From Roseibacillus sp. (GTDB taxonomy: Bacteria > Verrucomicrobiota > Verrucomicrobiia > Verrucomicrobiales > Akkermansiaceae), in contig JBPOGI010000003.1 in assembly GCA_051251855.1 (NCBI GenBank), positions 1 to 64,000 on the forward strand: a stretch of DNA of 64,000 nucleotides. The letters are read 5' to 3'. The notes below the pieces were generated by a model. It did no database searches and was not told the DNA's origin. It worked only from the letters and a program-made list of their open reading frames with translations. Of this stretch, positions 25,520 through 34,914 are shown in pieces (position 1 is the stretch's first letter; the number at the start of each line of letters is the position of its first letter). Both the position numbers and the translations under genes were made by a program.

Positions 25520-27903
25520 CAGTTCGTTTGGTTTTGAGTGGTGCTGAGGGTGAAGGGCGAGCTCTGCACAATGCCGAGCACGAGGTCCGAGAAACGATAG
25601 TCAGTTGCCGAAGCATTCTTCACAATCGTTCTCAAAGCCGGTTGGTCGCTGGCTTCCAAACCGCGACCTAGCGAGTAAATTAGCAACTTTTCCGTCACAG
25701 TGCGAGCAAAGAGGTCAGGACGCTCTGCCAATCCCGCAATCAAGGGCTCCACTCCTTCGAAAGTGCGCCCATCCGGCATTCCTCCTTTGGAATCGACCGC
25801 GACCGACTCCTCAAACTCGCGCCAGCGGCCCACGGCATCAAAGTTCTCCAGCGCGAAGCCAATCGGATCCATCAAGACGTGACAAGTGGCACAAGAAGGC
25901 TTGGCACTATGGGCTGCTAGACGCTCGCGCATCGGCAAATCCGACGCAATCACGGCATCTTCCAGCGCCGGAATATCGGGCGGAGGAGGCGGTGTTGGGG
26001 TCCCCAAGATATTTTCCAAAACCCAGTTTCCTCGCAGCACTGGGGAAGTTCGATTGGCGTACGAAGTCACCGCTAGGACACTTCCTTGGCGCAGCAAACC
26101 ACCGCGCTCGACATTGTCACCCGTCTCCACCCGCCGAAAACGACTCCCAGAAATTCCTGGCACCCCATAGTGCACTGCTAAGCGTTCATCTAGAAAAGTG
26201 AAGTCCGCCGTCAACAAATCCATCACCGGTCGGTCCTCTCGCAAAATGGTCTCGAACAACAACTCTGTCTCCCTTCGAAACGAAGTCCGCAAGTTATCGT
26301 CAAAATCAGGAAACAGCCGCAAGTCAGGTTTCACCGAATCCAAATTGCGTAAGTGCAGCCACTGATCCGCAAAATTGGTCACCAAAGAGTCCGCCCGCCT
26401 ATCCTGCAACATCCGCAAGGCCTCCTCTGCCAGCACCTCCTTGTGAGAAAGCGCTCCCGACGAAGCCAAATCCAGCAACCTTTCATCCGGCAAGCTACTC
26501 CAGAGAAAGGAAGCCAAGCGCGAAGCGATCGTATAGTCATCCAAGGGATAGACCATCCCTGCCGGGAGACCGAGAGGGTCATTTTCCACTCGAAACAAAA
26601 ACCGTGGACTCACCAACATCGCCGACAAAGCCGCTTCCATCCCCGCCTGAAACCCGTCCTCGACCGCATCATCAAAAAACGCCATCGGCCTCACTAAATC
26701 CTCCTCCGTCAAATCACGTCGATAAGCTCTCCGCATCAATGGTCGCAGCACATTTTCCGCAGCCACTCTCTTATCCTTGGGAGACAGTCCCGTTTCCTTT
26801 AAAATCCCAAAGGGCTCGGCCTCCCCTAACTCAATCGGCCCCACAATCGAGATCTGATACAATGCGGGAGCCTGACGAGGATGGCGATGACGATTGAAGC
26901 TCGCATCATAGGGCTCCCGTTTTTTGGTCAAAAGCATTTGCGGCTGCGCCAAAAAGGTCACCCCCAAGTCCGCCGGACCGCCCGCCACCTCAATCTTACA
27001 ATTCAGATGAGCATCGACTTGAGTAAAATCCTTCCGCCCTTTCGGAGGTGCCACCGTCATCAAGCCTTTGCGCTCTCCATCGACCAAAACCTCCACCTCG
27101 TGCGTCCCATAGAGACCCTCCACCATCTCGTCGCGATCGCGAGTGAGGCGCAGCGTAATCTCGTACGTTCCCGCAGTCGGAAAAGTATGCTTCAAGAGCG
27201 CACCGCCTCGTGTCCCCGGAGGCAAACCCGGCACGTGATGATCTTGGGTCAAATCAGCGGCCAAGCGCACCACCCGCCCTTCCGGAGAGGCTGGAGCCTT
27301 CCCCACCGCGAGACGACTGATCTTTTGCGCCGCGCGTAGATAGCGGTTCAGCAAAGTCGGCGAGAGATTACTCACCGTCACATTGTCGAAGCCATGGCTC
27401 GAATCGTCTTTTGGCAACAGCTCCGCGACATCGACCTCAACCCCCAGAAGATCCCGGATGGCATTGCGATACTCCGTGCGCGTCAGGCGACGTAAAGTCT
27501 CCCCACGCGCAACCTTAGGATAGATTTCCGCATGAGAATCCAGCTGACCCGCCAAGGCCGTGATGACCGTTTGATACTCCTCTTCATCAGGACGCTCCTC
27601 ATCCGGCGGCGGCATCTGACGAGTATCGAGCCTTAGCAATGCCTTTTCCCAAATCGCGGCCCGCTCTGCCAAAGGCTTGTCCAAAAAAGCCTCCAAATCC
27701 AAATCACCTTTCTCAATCCCCCCTCCGTGGCAATCGACACAATAGAACTCCACCAGATCCACCACCTCATCCGAAGGCAGAGTCAGCTCCCCAGAGGTCA
27801 AACCACCGGAAAGAAAACCACTCAACAACAGAAACGGAAAAACTCGCACAGGAAGAGGAGGATACACTCTTCTCAGACAAAATCTTTTACCTTTTCGCTG
27901 CAA
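25519..27903 (-). CDS. DUF1592/1588/1587/1585/1595 cytochrome c-domain protein
   Basis: CVDCH, LRRLTRTEYRNAIRDLLG, ASRLASFLWSS.PD, RTSPVLRG, CATCH..MDP.GF.LENFD; true start may be ~27849. Confidence 0.9.
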   Translation of the reverse strand: MQRKGKRFCLRRVYPPLPVRVFPFLLLSGFLSGGLTSGELTLPSDEVVDLVEFYCVDCHGGGIEKGDLDLEAFLDKPLAERAAIWEKALLRLDTRQMPPPDEERPDEEEYQTVITALAGQLDSHAEIYPKVARGETLRRLTRTEYRNAIRDLLGVEVDVAELLPKDDSSHGFDNVTVSNLSPTLLNRYLRAAQKISRLAVGKAPASPEGRVVRLAADLTQDHHVPGLPPGTRGGALLKHTFPTAGTYEITLRLTRDRDEMVEGLYGTHEVEVLVDGERKGLMTVAPPKGRKDFTQVDAHLNCKIEVAGGPADLGVTFLAQPQMLLTKKREPYDASFNRHRHPRQAPALYQISIVGPIELGEAEPFGILKETGLSPKDKRVAAENVLRPLMRRAYRRDLTEEDLVRPMAFFDDAVEDGFQAGMEAALSAMLVSPRFLFRVENDPLGLPAGMVYPLDDYTIASRLASFLWSSLPDERLLDLASSGALSHKEVLAEEALRMLQDRRADSLVTNFADQWLHLRNLDSVKPDLRLFPDFDDNLRTSFRRETELLFETILREDRPVMDLLTADFTFLDERLAVHYGVPGISGSRFRRVETGDNVERGGLLRQGSVLAVTSYANRTSPVLRGNWVLENILGTPTPPPPPDIPALEDAVIASDLPMRERLAAHSAKPSCATCHVLMDPIGFALENFDAVGRWREFEESVAVDSKGGMPDGRTFEGVEPLIAGLAERPDLFARTVTEKLLIYSLGRGLEASDQPALRTIVKNASATDYRFSDLVLGIVQSSPFTLSTTQNQTN

Positions 27904-27926
27904 AGTGATCTCCTTTATCCTTTCGT

Positions 27927-28301
27927 ATGGCAGAAACCCCTCCTTCTTCGATCTCCGAATACGTTGAGGCAGCTCCTCTTGCAGGCCATTCTCACCTCAC
28001 TCAAGTCTATCAGATTCTGAAGGGGGTCGCGCCACATGCCGAAGAGGCCATCAAATGGAACGTGCCCTTCTTCATAGAGCCCCGTTTCCTCTTTTCGTTT
28101 TCGGCCTTCAAAGCCCACTTAGCCTTCGTGCCCGGACCTGACACCCTCGAACACTTTCGCAAAGAACTCGCCGAGTACCAAACAACAACCAATTTTCTCA
28201 AAATCCCTTATCAAGATCCTCTACCAGAAGACCTGATTCGGACTCTCGCCGAGTTTCAGCTCAAGCGAGTCCGCGCCCGCAAGGATGATTCCTTTTGGTA
28301 G
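27927..28301 (+). CDS. DUF1801 (YdhG-like) protein
   Basis: AP.AEE.IKW.VP.F, FSAFK.H, PLP.DLI. Confidence 0.85.
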   Translation: MAETPPSSISEYVEAAPLAGHSHLTQVYQILKGVAPHAEEAIKWNVPFFIEPRFLFSFSAFKAHLAFVPGPDTLEHFRKELAEYQTTTNFLKIPYQDPLPEDLIRTLAEFQLKRVRARKDDSFW

Positions 28302-28505
28302 GCAGCCCTGCCGGTAGGGACCATTTTACAAATGGTCCGCAAATCCTCTCTAGCTTTTGTATTCATCTAGCTCCCACAAAAGCTGACCAAACCTCCCGAC
28401 AATCCCCAAACATTCGCGGTCGTTTCATCAAAACGCCCCTACCGAAAAATCCCCTTATGGTTTTTGTTCCACCCAGGCGGAGTAAACATTCGCTTTTTCG
28501 AAGCT

Positions 28506-28931
28506 TCAAGTGCCTTCCCCCACCCGCTCAATCACCCTCCCGCCATCCTTCTCCACAATTCGCAGCCAGATCGTCTCCTCCGGAAATAACTCCGGAAACA
28601 AGTCCGCCCACTCCGCAATCACCACTCCCTCTGCCTCCAAATAATCATCCCACCCCAGTCGCAACACCTCCTCGGCAGCCTGCAAGCGATAGAGATCAAA
28701 GTGAAACGTCGGCAAGCGAGCCCCCTGATATTCCTGTAAGAGGGCAAAAGTCGGACTCGTCACTACCTCTTCACTTCCCAAACCTCTTAACAAACCTTTT
28801 GTAAAATGCGTCTTCCCCATTCCTAATCCCCCAACCAGCGCAATGACGCTCCCAGAGGCGAGGTTTTGGGCGAATTCGGCCCCACAATCGAGGAGACTTT
28901 TGGGGCTAGGGCAAAAAATTGGAAAATCCAT
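28506..28931 (-). CDS. tsaE: tRNA threonylcarbamoyladenosine biosynthesis ATPase
   Basis: GGLGMGKT, VTSPTF, HFDLYRL, EWAD. Confidence 0.95.
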   Translation of the reverse strand: MDFPIFCPSPKSLLDCGAEFAQNLASGSVIALVGGLGMGKTHFTKGLLRGLGSEEVVTSPTFALLQEYQGARLPTFHFDLYRLQAAEEVLRLGWDDYLEAEGVVIAEWADLFPELFPEETIWLRIVEKDGGRVIERVGEGT

Positions 28932-29064
28932 CTTCGTTTCTGTCAAAAAAACCTTGCTGCAAGTGGTCGGGTATGGTGAATTCCCCGCCCGTCGCGAGAC
29001 TAGACCGTTCGAACCCTGTGTCGAACCTTGCTCCGGGTAAATTAATTTTTTCAGAACGAAGACC

Positions 29065-29379
29065 ATGGCATACGCAGTGATCAAAACCGGAGGTAAGCAA
29101 TACCGTGTCGCAGCTGGCGACAAAATCGAAGTCGATAAACTCCATCTCGAAGTCGACTCCGAAACCACCTTCGACGAAGTCCTCATGGTCAATGATGGCA
29201 GCTCCATCCGCATCGGCAGCCCTGTCGTTGATGGCGCCACCGTTTCTGCCAAAGTTCTCGACCAATTTCGCGGACCCAAGGGTGTTGCTTTCAAATTCAA
29301 ACGCCGCAAGGGTTTCCACAAGACCAAGGGCTACCGTCGTCACATCACCAAGCTCGAAATCACCGGCATCAACGGATAA
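29065..29379 (+). CDS. rplU: 50S ribosomal protein L21
   Basis: [18 protein letters not shown]...GYR. Confidence 0.98.
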   Translation: MAYAVIKTGGKQYRVAAGDKIEVDKLHLEVDSETTFDEVLMVNDGSSIRIGSPVVDGATVSAKVLDQFRGPKGVAFKFKRRKGFHKTKGYRRHITKLEITGING

Positions 29380-29397
29380 TTTTTACCCCACAGACCA

Positions 29398-29664
29398 ATG
29401 GCACATAAGAAAGGACAAGGATCGGTTAAGAACGGACGCGACTCACGCAGTAACCGTTTGGGCGTTAAGAAGTTCGGTGGCGAGTCCGTCATCGCCGGCA
29501 ACATCATCATCCGCCAGCGTGGCACCAAGTGGCATCCCGGTAAGAACATCGGCATGGGCAAGGACCACACTCTCTTCGCACTCTGTGATGGAAACGTCTA
29601 CTTCGACCGCGAAGGCCGTCGTGTAAACGTTGCTTCCGATGCTGAGGCAGTGGTTGCTAGCTAA
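29398..29664 (+). CDS. rpmA: 50S ribosomal protein L27
   Basis: [14 protein letters not shown]...RLGVK, RQRGTK. Confidence 0.98.
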   Translation: MAHKKGQGSVKNGRDSRSNRLGVKKFGGESVIAGNIIIRQRGTKWHPGKNIGMGKDHTLFALCDGNVYFDREGRRVNVASDAEAVVAS

Positions 29665-29685
29665 GCTTCCGACAAATCAATTTTT

Positions 29686-29720
29686 AAAGAGCGGCGTTCC
29701 CATCAGGGTCGCCGCTTTTT
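29686..29720 (+). terminator. Intrinsic terminator after rpmA
   Basis: agcggcg...cgccgct stem followed by T-rich tract. Confidence 0.8.
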
Positions 29721-29727
29721 CTTTCTT

Positions 29728-29819
29728 CACTGGGAGCGCTGGTCTGTGACCGGCCCCAACGGATCGTTAGATTCAACCACGCCCAACTGAACCATTACAT
29801 TCTACCGGCGCTCCCAGTG
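29728..29819. repeat. REP-like inverted pair (cactgggagcgc...accggc / accggcgctcccagtg)
   Basis: Full unit at 29728-29757, partial inverted unit at 29804-29819; another copy at 33587-33616. Confidence 0.7.
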
Positions 29820-29833
29820 TTCCACCTCCCACC

Positions 29834-30304
29834 ATGTTTGAAATCGTCCTCGTCGAACCCGAAATCCCTCACAATGCGGGGGCCGCTGGACGTTTGGCAG
29901 TGGCCACCGGTTCCCGCCTTCACCTCATCAAACCTTTGGGATTTTCTCTCGATGAAAAGGCGGTGCGTCGCGCGGGTCTGGACTACTGGAAACATGTCGA
30001 ACTGACGGTGTGGGAGAGCTGGCAGGAATTTCAAGCCGCCAACCAGGGGGCACGGCAGTGGTTTCTCAGCACCAAAGGCACGGGCCATCTTTGGAAGGCC
30101 GACTTCCAAGCGGGAGACCAACTGATCTTTGGTGCAGAGACCCGAGGTCTTTCAGAGGAGATTCGCAGTCAGCAGCAGCCCGAACAGCTTCTGCGCATTC
30201 CCATGGCGGAAGGGCCTATTCGCTCGCTTAATCTCTCCACCAGCATTGCCATCGTTCTCTACGAAGGATATCGCCAAGTTGAAGGTATCTCCGAAGGAGC
30301 GTAA
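29834..30304 (+). CDS. trmL: tRNA (cytidine(34)-2'-O)-methyltransferase
   Basis: PEIPHN.G, LHLI.PLGF, RRAGLDYW, FG.ETRGL, RSLNLS. Confidence 0.95.
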   Translation: MFEIVLVEPEIPHNAGAAGRLAVATGSRLHLIKPLGFSLDEKAVRRAGLDYWKHVELTVWESWQEFQAANQGARQWFLSTKGTGHLWKADFQAGDQLIFGAETRGLSEEIRSQQQPEQLLRIPMAEGPIRSLNLSTSIAIVLYEGYRQVEGISEGA

Positions 30305-30328
30305 CCAGTACAGGCCCAAGACTCGACT

Positions 30329-33028
30329 TTGGAGAAAGAGTTTCTAGGGTTCCCAATCGTGTTCTCTCCTTTGGTCAGATTGGTGGGGCTCTTTCTGCTG
30401 GCGATTCAGACACTTGCCGCGGAGGATCCTGGGATACTCTTTCAGGCAGGGCGCTTTCAAGAGGCTGCCAAGGAACTCCGCCTCCGCCTCCAAGACCTCG
30501 AACAAATCGATCCCCAATCTCCCGACGATCGTTTCGAAATCGCCCAAACCAACCTTGCCCTTGGGATGTCTCTCCAAGCCTTGGGAAAATACGAGGATTC
30601 CCTTGATGTCCTTCACCAGGTGTTAGAAAGCTACAAGTCACTTGATATCGAGGAAAATATTTGGGCAAATTCTTGGGACACCCTTGCACGCTCCCAACAA
30701 CAGGCTGGCCACCTTTCTGAAGCAGAAGCGAGCTTCCGTGAATCACTCTCCAGAAGAGAAGCCGACTCCTCCCCCGATGCACCGTATTGGAAGTCCATCA
30801 CCCTCGACCACTTGGGTCTCCTCCTCCTGACCAAGGGCGACTACCAGCAGGCGGGCGAAATACTGACCCAATCCCTGGAATCGACACCCGATGATGACCG
30901 AGAGCTTCTCGCCCAGCGTCATCACTACCTTGCACGCTACTTGGTCACCGTGCGCAATTATCATCGCGCTATCGAACACGCTGAGCAATCGGTAGAGCTC
31001 GCGCAAGAATTCGAGAAATCCGACCTCGCCTCCTATCTCGACCTGCTCGCTCTTGCGCGCTATCGATCAGGAGATCAATCAGGAGCCGAGGCTGCCCTTT
31101 TAAAAGCGCTCGAGAAGCTCAGAACCCAACCGGTCAATCTTCAGCGCGCGCGTGGGGAAGCGGAAATCCTCAACAAAGTCGGGGAGTTCTCCCTTCAAGA
31201 GGAAGCAAGCCTAGCTCGTTCTTCCTTTCAAGAAGCTCTCGACGGTCTCTTGGCTTGGTTACCCAAGGACGATCCTTCGCTCGCGGTTTATCACAACAAC
31301 CTTGGGCTAGCTGCCATGCACATGAACGACCATGAGGCTGCCTCACAGGAATTCACCCGTGCCCTCTCCCTGCTCGAAGATCACATCGACGGCCTCCAAC
31401 TGGGTCATCAACGCCGTGCGGAGTGGAAACAAAACCTCGCTTGGAACGCCTACATGGCAGGAGATCTTAAAGCCACCCGCTCCGCAGTCGTTGATGCCTG
31501 CCAAGAAGCAGAGACCGCCTTGCAGCACCTTCTCGAGAAAGGGACTGAACGAGAACGTCTCAATTTTCTAGCAAACTTTGACCTCTTCTCTCTCCCAGCC
31601 TGTGCAGGTGAAGCCGAAATTCTAGATCAACTTCTAAGGAATAATAAAGGTCTTCTTCTCTCTAACTTGATATCAAGAGGAACTCTTCTAGCTGCGGATA
31701 CAAAGTCTCAGAACCTACCTGAAAACACCGTAATGGTTGATTTCATTCGGTATCGAAAGCCAGAGTCTCACAAATGGTCTTTTCACTACGGAGCCATCAT
31801 TCGGGCCACGGGAGAACCACCCAAATGGATTCCGCTCGCTGAAGAACGTCTCCTTACTCGCTGGTTGGAAGCCATCTCGAAGCGCCTTCAGTATCGCGCT
31901 CTTATCATTGGTAATCAGTCCGTTGAACCTCCCGTCATCCGGTTAGAAGCCGCTCTCCGCCAACTTTTTCAACACTTCCTGAAGCCGGCTTTGGAGCAGA
32001 TTCCTAAAACAACAAAGACGATAATTCTCTCTCCTGATGGTTCTCTCCACTTCGTCCCGTTCGCGAGTTTACTTGATGCCGAGAGAAATTTCTTCGCGAG
32101 CCGCTACCCTAACGTCCTCTTCGTCTCCTCCCACCGTGATCTCAACTCACAGCAGCCCCAAAAATCACTCTCCACAGGCCGTTGGGACCTTTTTGGCATC
32201 AGCGAGTTTGCGTCGCTTAAAAGCGGGCGTGACGAGTCCTGGTTCCTCGATGAACTTTCAGAATTACCCTACGTCAAAACCGAACTGGCCGCTATTCGCA
32301 AACTCGCCCCTCCTGGCACCCCGCTACTCCTCAATCCTAAGAATGCGGAAGAACTTCTCAAAGCGATAGAACCAAGCCCTGCCGTCCTCCACTTGGCCAC
32401 CCACGCTTTCTTCAAGGAGCCCGAACAGGACGAGGAATTCTTCGACCTCGATGCTCATCCTGACATCATTCTGCGTTCCGGCCTTGCGCTCGCAGCACCG
32501 ACCGACTTCAACGATGGCATTCTCTATCCTCACGAAATCGCCCAACTTCCTCTCGAGGGCACTCAACTCGTCAGCCTTTCGGCCTGCCATACCGGTTTGG
32601 GCACTCCCCTTGCTGGCGAAGGAATCCTCGGGTTGCAGCGTGCATTTGCCATCGCCGGGGCGCAGCGGATTCTCCTCACTCTCTGGCAAGTCCCCGATGA
32701 ATCCACCTCTCGCTTTATGCCAGCCTTCTACAAAGAAGCGCTCCACACCGAAAACCCCAGTTTCGCCCTTTGGCATTTGCAAGGTAAACTCCTGAGGCAA
32801 AATGCTGGGGCCCTTAAGAATGATGCCGCCTTGGAAGAAGCGGTGTTGCGACATGGACCGTTCATCCTCACCCATCGCGGCCCCATTCCTAGCCTTCCGA
32901 CGTTGAAGGAAAAACAACCCGATCCTCCTCAGAAAATCGTGGGACGCTATCTCCTCTGGCTCTTTGTCTTCGGCACCCTCATCGTTCTTCTGTTGCGCTA
33001 TTCAATTCGCCGAAAGAAGTCTTCTTAG
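30329..33028 (+). CDS. TPR + CHAT (caspase-like) domain protein with N-terminal signal and C-terminal TM
   Basis: TPR helices; SPDGSLHFVPF, LHLATH, LVSLSACHTG, L.RAF..AGA...L.TLWQV.D. Confidence 0.9.
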   Translation: MEKEFLGFPIVFSPLVRLVGLFLLAIQTLAAEDPGILFQAGRFQEAAKELRLRLQDLEQIDPQSPDDRFEIAQTNLALGMSLQALGKYEDSLDVLHQVLESYKSLDIEENIWANSWDTLARSQQQAGHLSEAEASFRESLSRREADSSPDAPYWKSITLDHLGLLLLTKGDYQQAGEILTQSLESTPDDDRELLAQRHHYLARYLVTVRNYHRAIEHAEQSVELAQEFEKSDLASYLDLLALARYRSGDQSGAEAALLKALEKLRTQPVNLQRARGEAEILNKVGEFSLQEEASLARSSFQEALDGLLAWLPKDDPSLAVYHNNLGLAAMHMNDHEAASQEFTRALSLLEDHIDGLQLGHQRRAEWKQNLAWNAYMAGDLKATRSAVVDACQEAETALQHLLEKGTERERLNFLANFDLFSLPACAGEAEILDQLLRNNKGLLLSNLISRGTLLAADTKSQNLPENTVMVDFIRYRKPESHKWSFHYGAIIRATGEPPKWIPLAEERLLTRWLEAISKRLQYRALIIGNQSVEPPVIRLEAALRQLFQHFLKPALEQIPKTTKTIILSPDGSLHFVPFASLLDAERNFFASRYPNVLFVSSHRDLNSQQPQKSLSTGRWDLFGISEFASLKSGRDESWFLDELSELPYVKTELAAIRKLAPPGTPLLLNPKNAEELLKAIEPSPAVLHLATHAFFKEPEQDEEFFDLDAHPDIILRSGLALAAPTDFNDGILYPHEIAQLPLEGTQLVSLSACHTGLGTPLAGEGILGLQRAFAIAGAQRILLTLWQVPDESTSRFMPAFYKEALHTENPSFALWHLQGKLLRQNAGALKNDAALEEAVLRHGPFILTHRGPIPSLPTLKEKQPDPPQKIVGRYLLWLFVFGTLIVLLLRYSIRRKKSS

Positions 33029-33159
33029 GAGGGTCGCATCGACGGAAGGAATGGGAGCGTGGTCTTTCCAAGCCGCCACCTTAAAATAGAGGATGGGGAG
33101 GGTAGGCCTGTTCGTTCCCGAATCCGCTGTCCCTCTCGTCATTCGTCTGCCGTTCGATA

Positions 33160-33447
33160 ATACCATTCTCACAGTTAAATTGATGCCATGGATTTTATTT
33201 AGGTTTTTGAAATTGCGCTTCGCGATAGGTGAAAAAATCGGGCCAGTTTTCCCTAAACCAGCGTTGCTTGCTGCTCCCCCCCGGTCGCACCCTTCGGGTT
33301 GCCTTGGCAAGCAAGCTATCTCGCTCCGCTCGTTTCTCGGTCCGAGTGCACCCTAAGGGCTTTTCACCAGCACTCCTCCCTCGGCACGTCTTGTCCTTTG
33401 AAAATCTGACTCCGACCATTACACCAATTTAACTGCTCAAATGATAT
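33160..33447. mobile_element. MITE-like element, about 288 bp, structured interior
   Basis: cagttaaattgatgccatgg (33172) versus reverse complement of ccattacaccaatttaactg (to 33435), 17 of 20; weaker match extends outward. Confidence 0.55.
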
Positions 33448-33586
33448 CAGCGAGATCCACCTCAGCGGCTTAAAAAGCCACTCTCCCGAGCCTGCGACCA
33501 CTGCTTTTGCAAACTCGCAATTTTTCGCTTAACGCAGTGCCATTCAACTTGAGTCGTCCGCTCTCAATTCAACATAACGATTCGAC

Positions 33587-33616
33587 GGGGCCGGTCGAAG
33601 ACCGGCGCTCCCAGTG
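33587..33616. repeat. REP-like palindromic unit
   Basis: ggggccggtcgaagaccggcgctcccagtg, reverse complement of 29728-29757 with 3 mismatches. Confidence 0.7.
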
Positions 33617-33617
33617 G

Positions 33618-34841
33618 CTAGCGTTTGCTCACTTTAGCGCTGCGTAACCCAAAGAATCCCGATCGTTTAACGAGCGCGCGTTGGCTCTTTTTTTCCTTTT
33701 TGGCAGTGGCCTTGTTTCCTTCAGAGGAAGCACGCGAGGCCGAACCGCTCGCAGATACTGGCGACCCTCGAATCACTCTGACCTCTTTAGTACGCTCACC
33801 CGTGAGGTCGTTAGCACTCCCTTTTCTCAAAGAAGGGAAAAGACTCACCGATGGATTACTCAAACCAGGACTGTCCCCTTCATTAGGCACAAGAATAGTC
33901 GAACCTAACTCATCCGTCGTCTGCACAATTCCCACCAAAACTGCATTATCTTGCAAATCAATCGTACCATCAGTCACTCTCAGAAAGATCCGACCATAAG
34001 GAGCATTGCCACCCTGAGCGGAAACAAATCCATCCACCGATATTTGGCCACCGTCACCAGCGCGCATTTCAATATCGGTTCCCGCAACAATGGTTCCACC
34101 GTGAATCACATTGTTGTCTTCGTTGTTCGACAAAGAGCTGACCTTTTCGCGGCCGCTCGCTCCAGGATCATAGCGCACGTGGTTACCACTAAAGAGACGA
34201 GTCGCCTGAGCCGACTGAATATTCGACTGGGCGATATTAGAATTCAGAATAGTTGTAGAGCGAGCAGCACCTAAGACCACATCGCCCTGAGTTGACGTAA
34301 TTTGCCCGTCCCTGACCGTCAAAAGGTGCGTGGTGGGAGCAGCCGGAAGATCGACATGGAAGTCGACCGCTTGACCGCCATTCAACAAAGCTGCCTCGCC
34401 CGCTGCGGTGGTTTCGTTAACGACTGCCACCAATTCGCCGACGGTGATGTCTCCCGAGAGAAGAACTCCTGTCTCTGGACTCAAGAACACTACCCGACCA
34501 TTGGACTGGATGTTCCCTTCAAAACGATGATCACCCAAACGAGGATTCAAAGTGCCCAGCCGGTTGAGCACGGAAGGATTGCTGACTCCTTGATCGAAGG
34601 TAAAAGTCAACGAACTGTCGGAGCCTTGATTCACGCGACTCCAATCCAACACGGCCTCGCGATTAAGAGTGATCACGGCTGCATCGTTGGCTGCATCGTA
34701 GACACAAGTGGCAGCGGTAGGATCCACAATCGTAGGTCCATTCGTCATCCCCGGGCAAAGAGGAGTCTGCGCAGACAAAGTGACTGAGGTGATAAGAATC
34801 ACCCCAAACCCTAAGCCATACTGTTGGAAACGTGCCATCAT
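33618..34841 (-). CDS. Filamentous-haemagglutinin N-terminal (TPS)-like secreted protein
   Basis: AVLDW..., VLNR, GNIQSNGRVVFLSP..GVL resemble the haemagglutination-activity domain, followed by beta-helix-like sequence. Confidence 0.7.
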   Translation of the reverse strand: MMARFQQYGLGFGVILITSVTLSAQTPLCPGMTNGPTIVDPTAATCVYDAANDAAVITLNREAVLDWSRVNQGSDSSLTFTFDQGVSNPSVLNRLGTLNPRLGDHRFEGNIQSNGRVVFLSPETGVLLSGDITVGELVAVVNETTAAGEAALLNGGQAVDFHVDLPAAPTTHLLTVRDGQITSTQGDVVLGAARSTTILNSNIAQSNIQSAQATRLFSGNHVRYDPGASGREKVSSLSNNEDNNVIHGGTIVAGTDIEMRAGDGGQISVDGFVSAQGGNAPYGRIFLRVTDGTIDLQDNAVLVGIVQTTDELGSTILVPNEGDSPGLSNPSVSLFPSLRKGSANDLTGERTKEVRVIRGSPVSASGSASRASSEGNKATAKKEKKSQRALVKRSGFFGLRSAKVSKR

Positions 34842-34914
34842 CACCCTTAACCGCAAAGCATGCCTACCAGTTTTTTCTTTTCCAGAAAGAATTCAGGGGA
34901 AGAGCGACAGGGAT

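Noticed and set aside
28932..29343. Long N-terminal extension of TsaE and ORF 28906-29343
   Set aside because: Antisense shadow of rplU; TsaE similarity begins at MDFPIF
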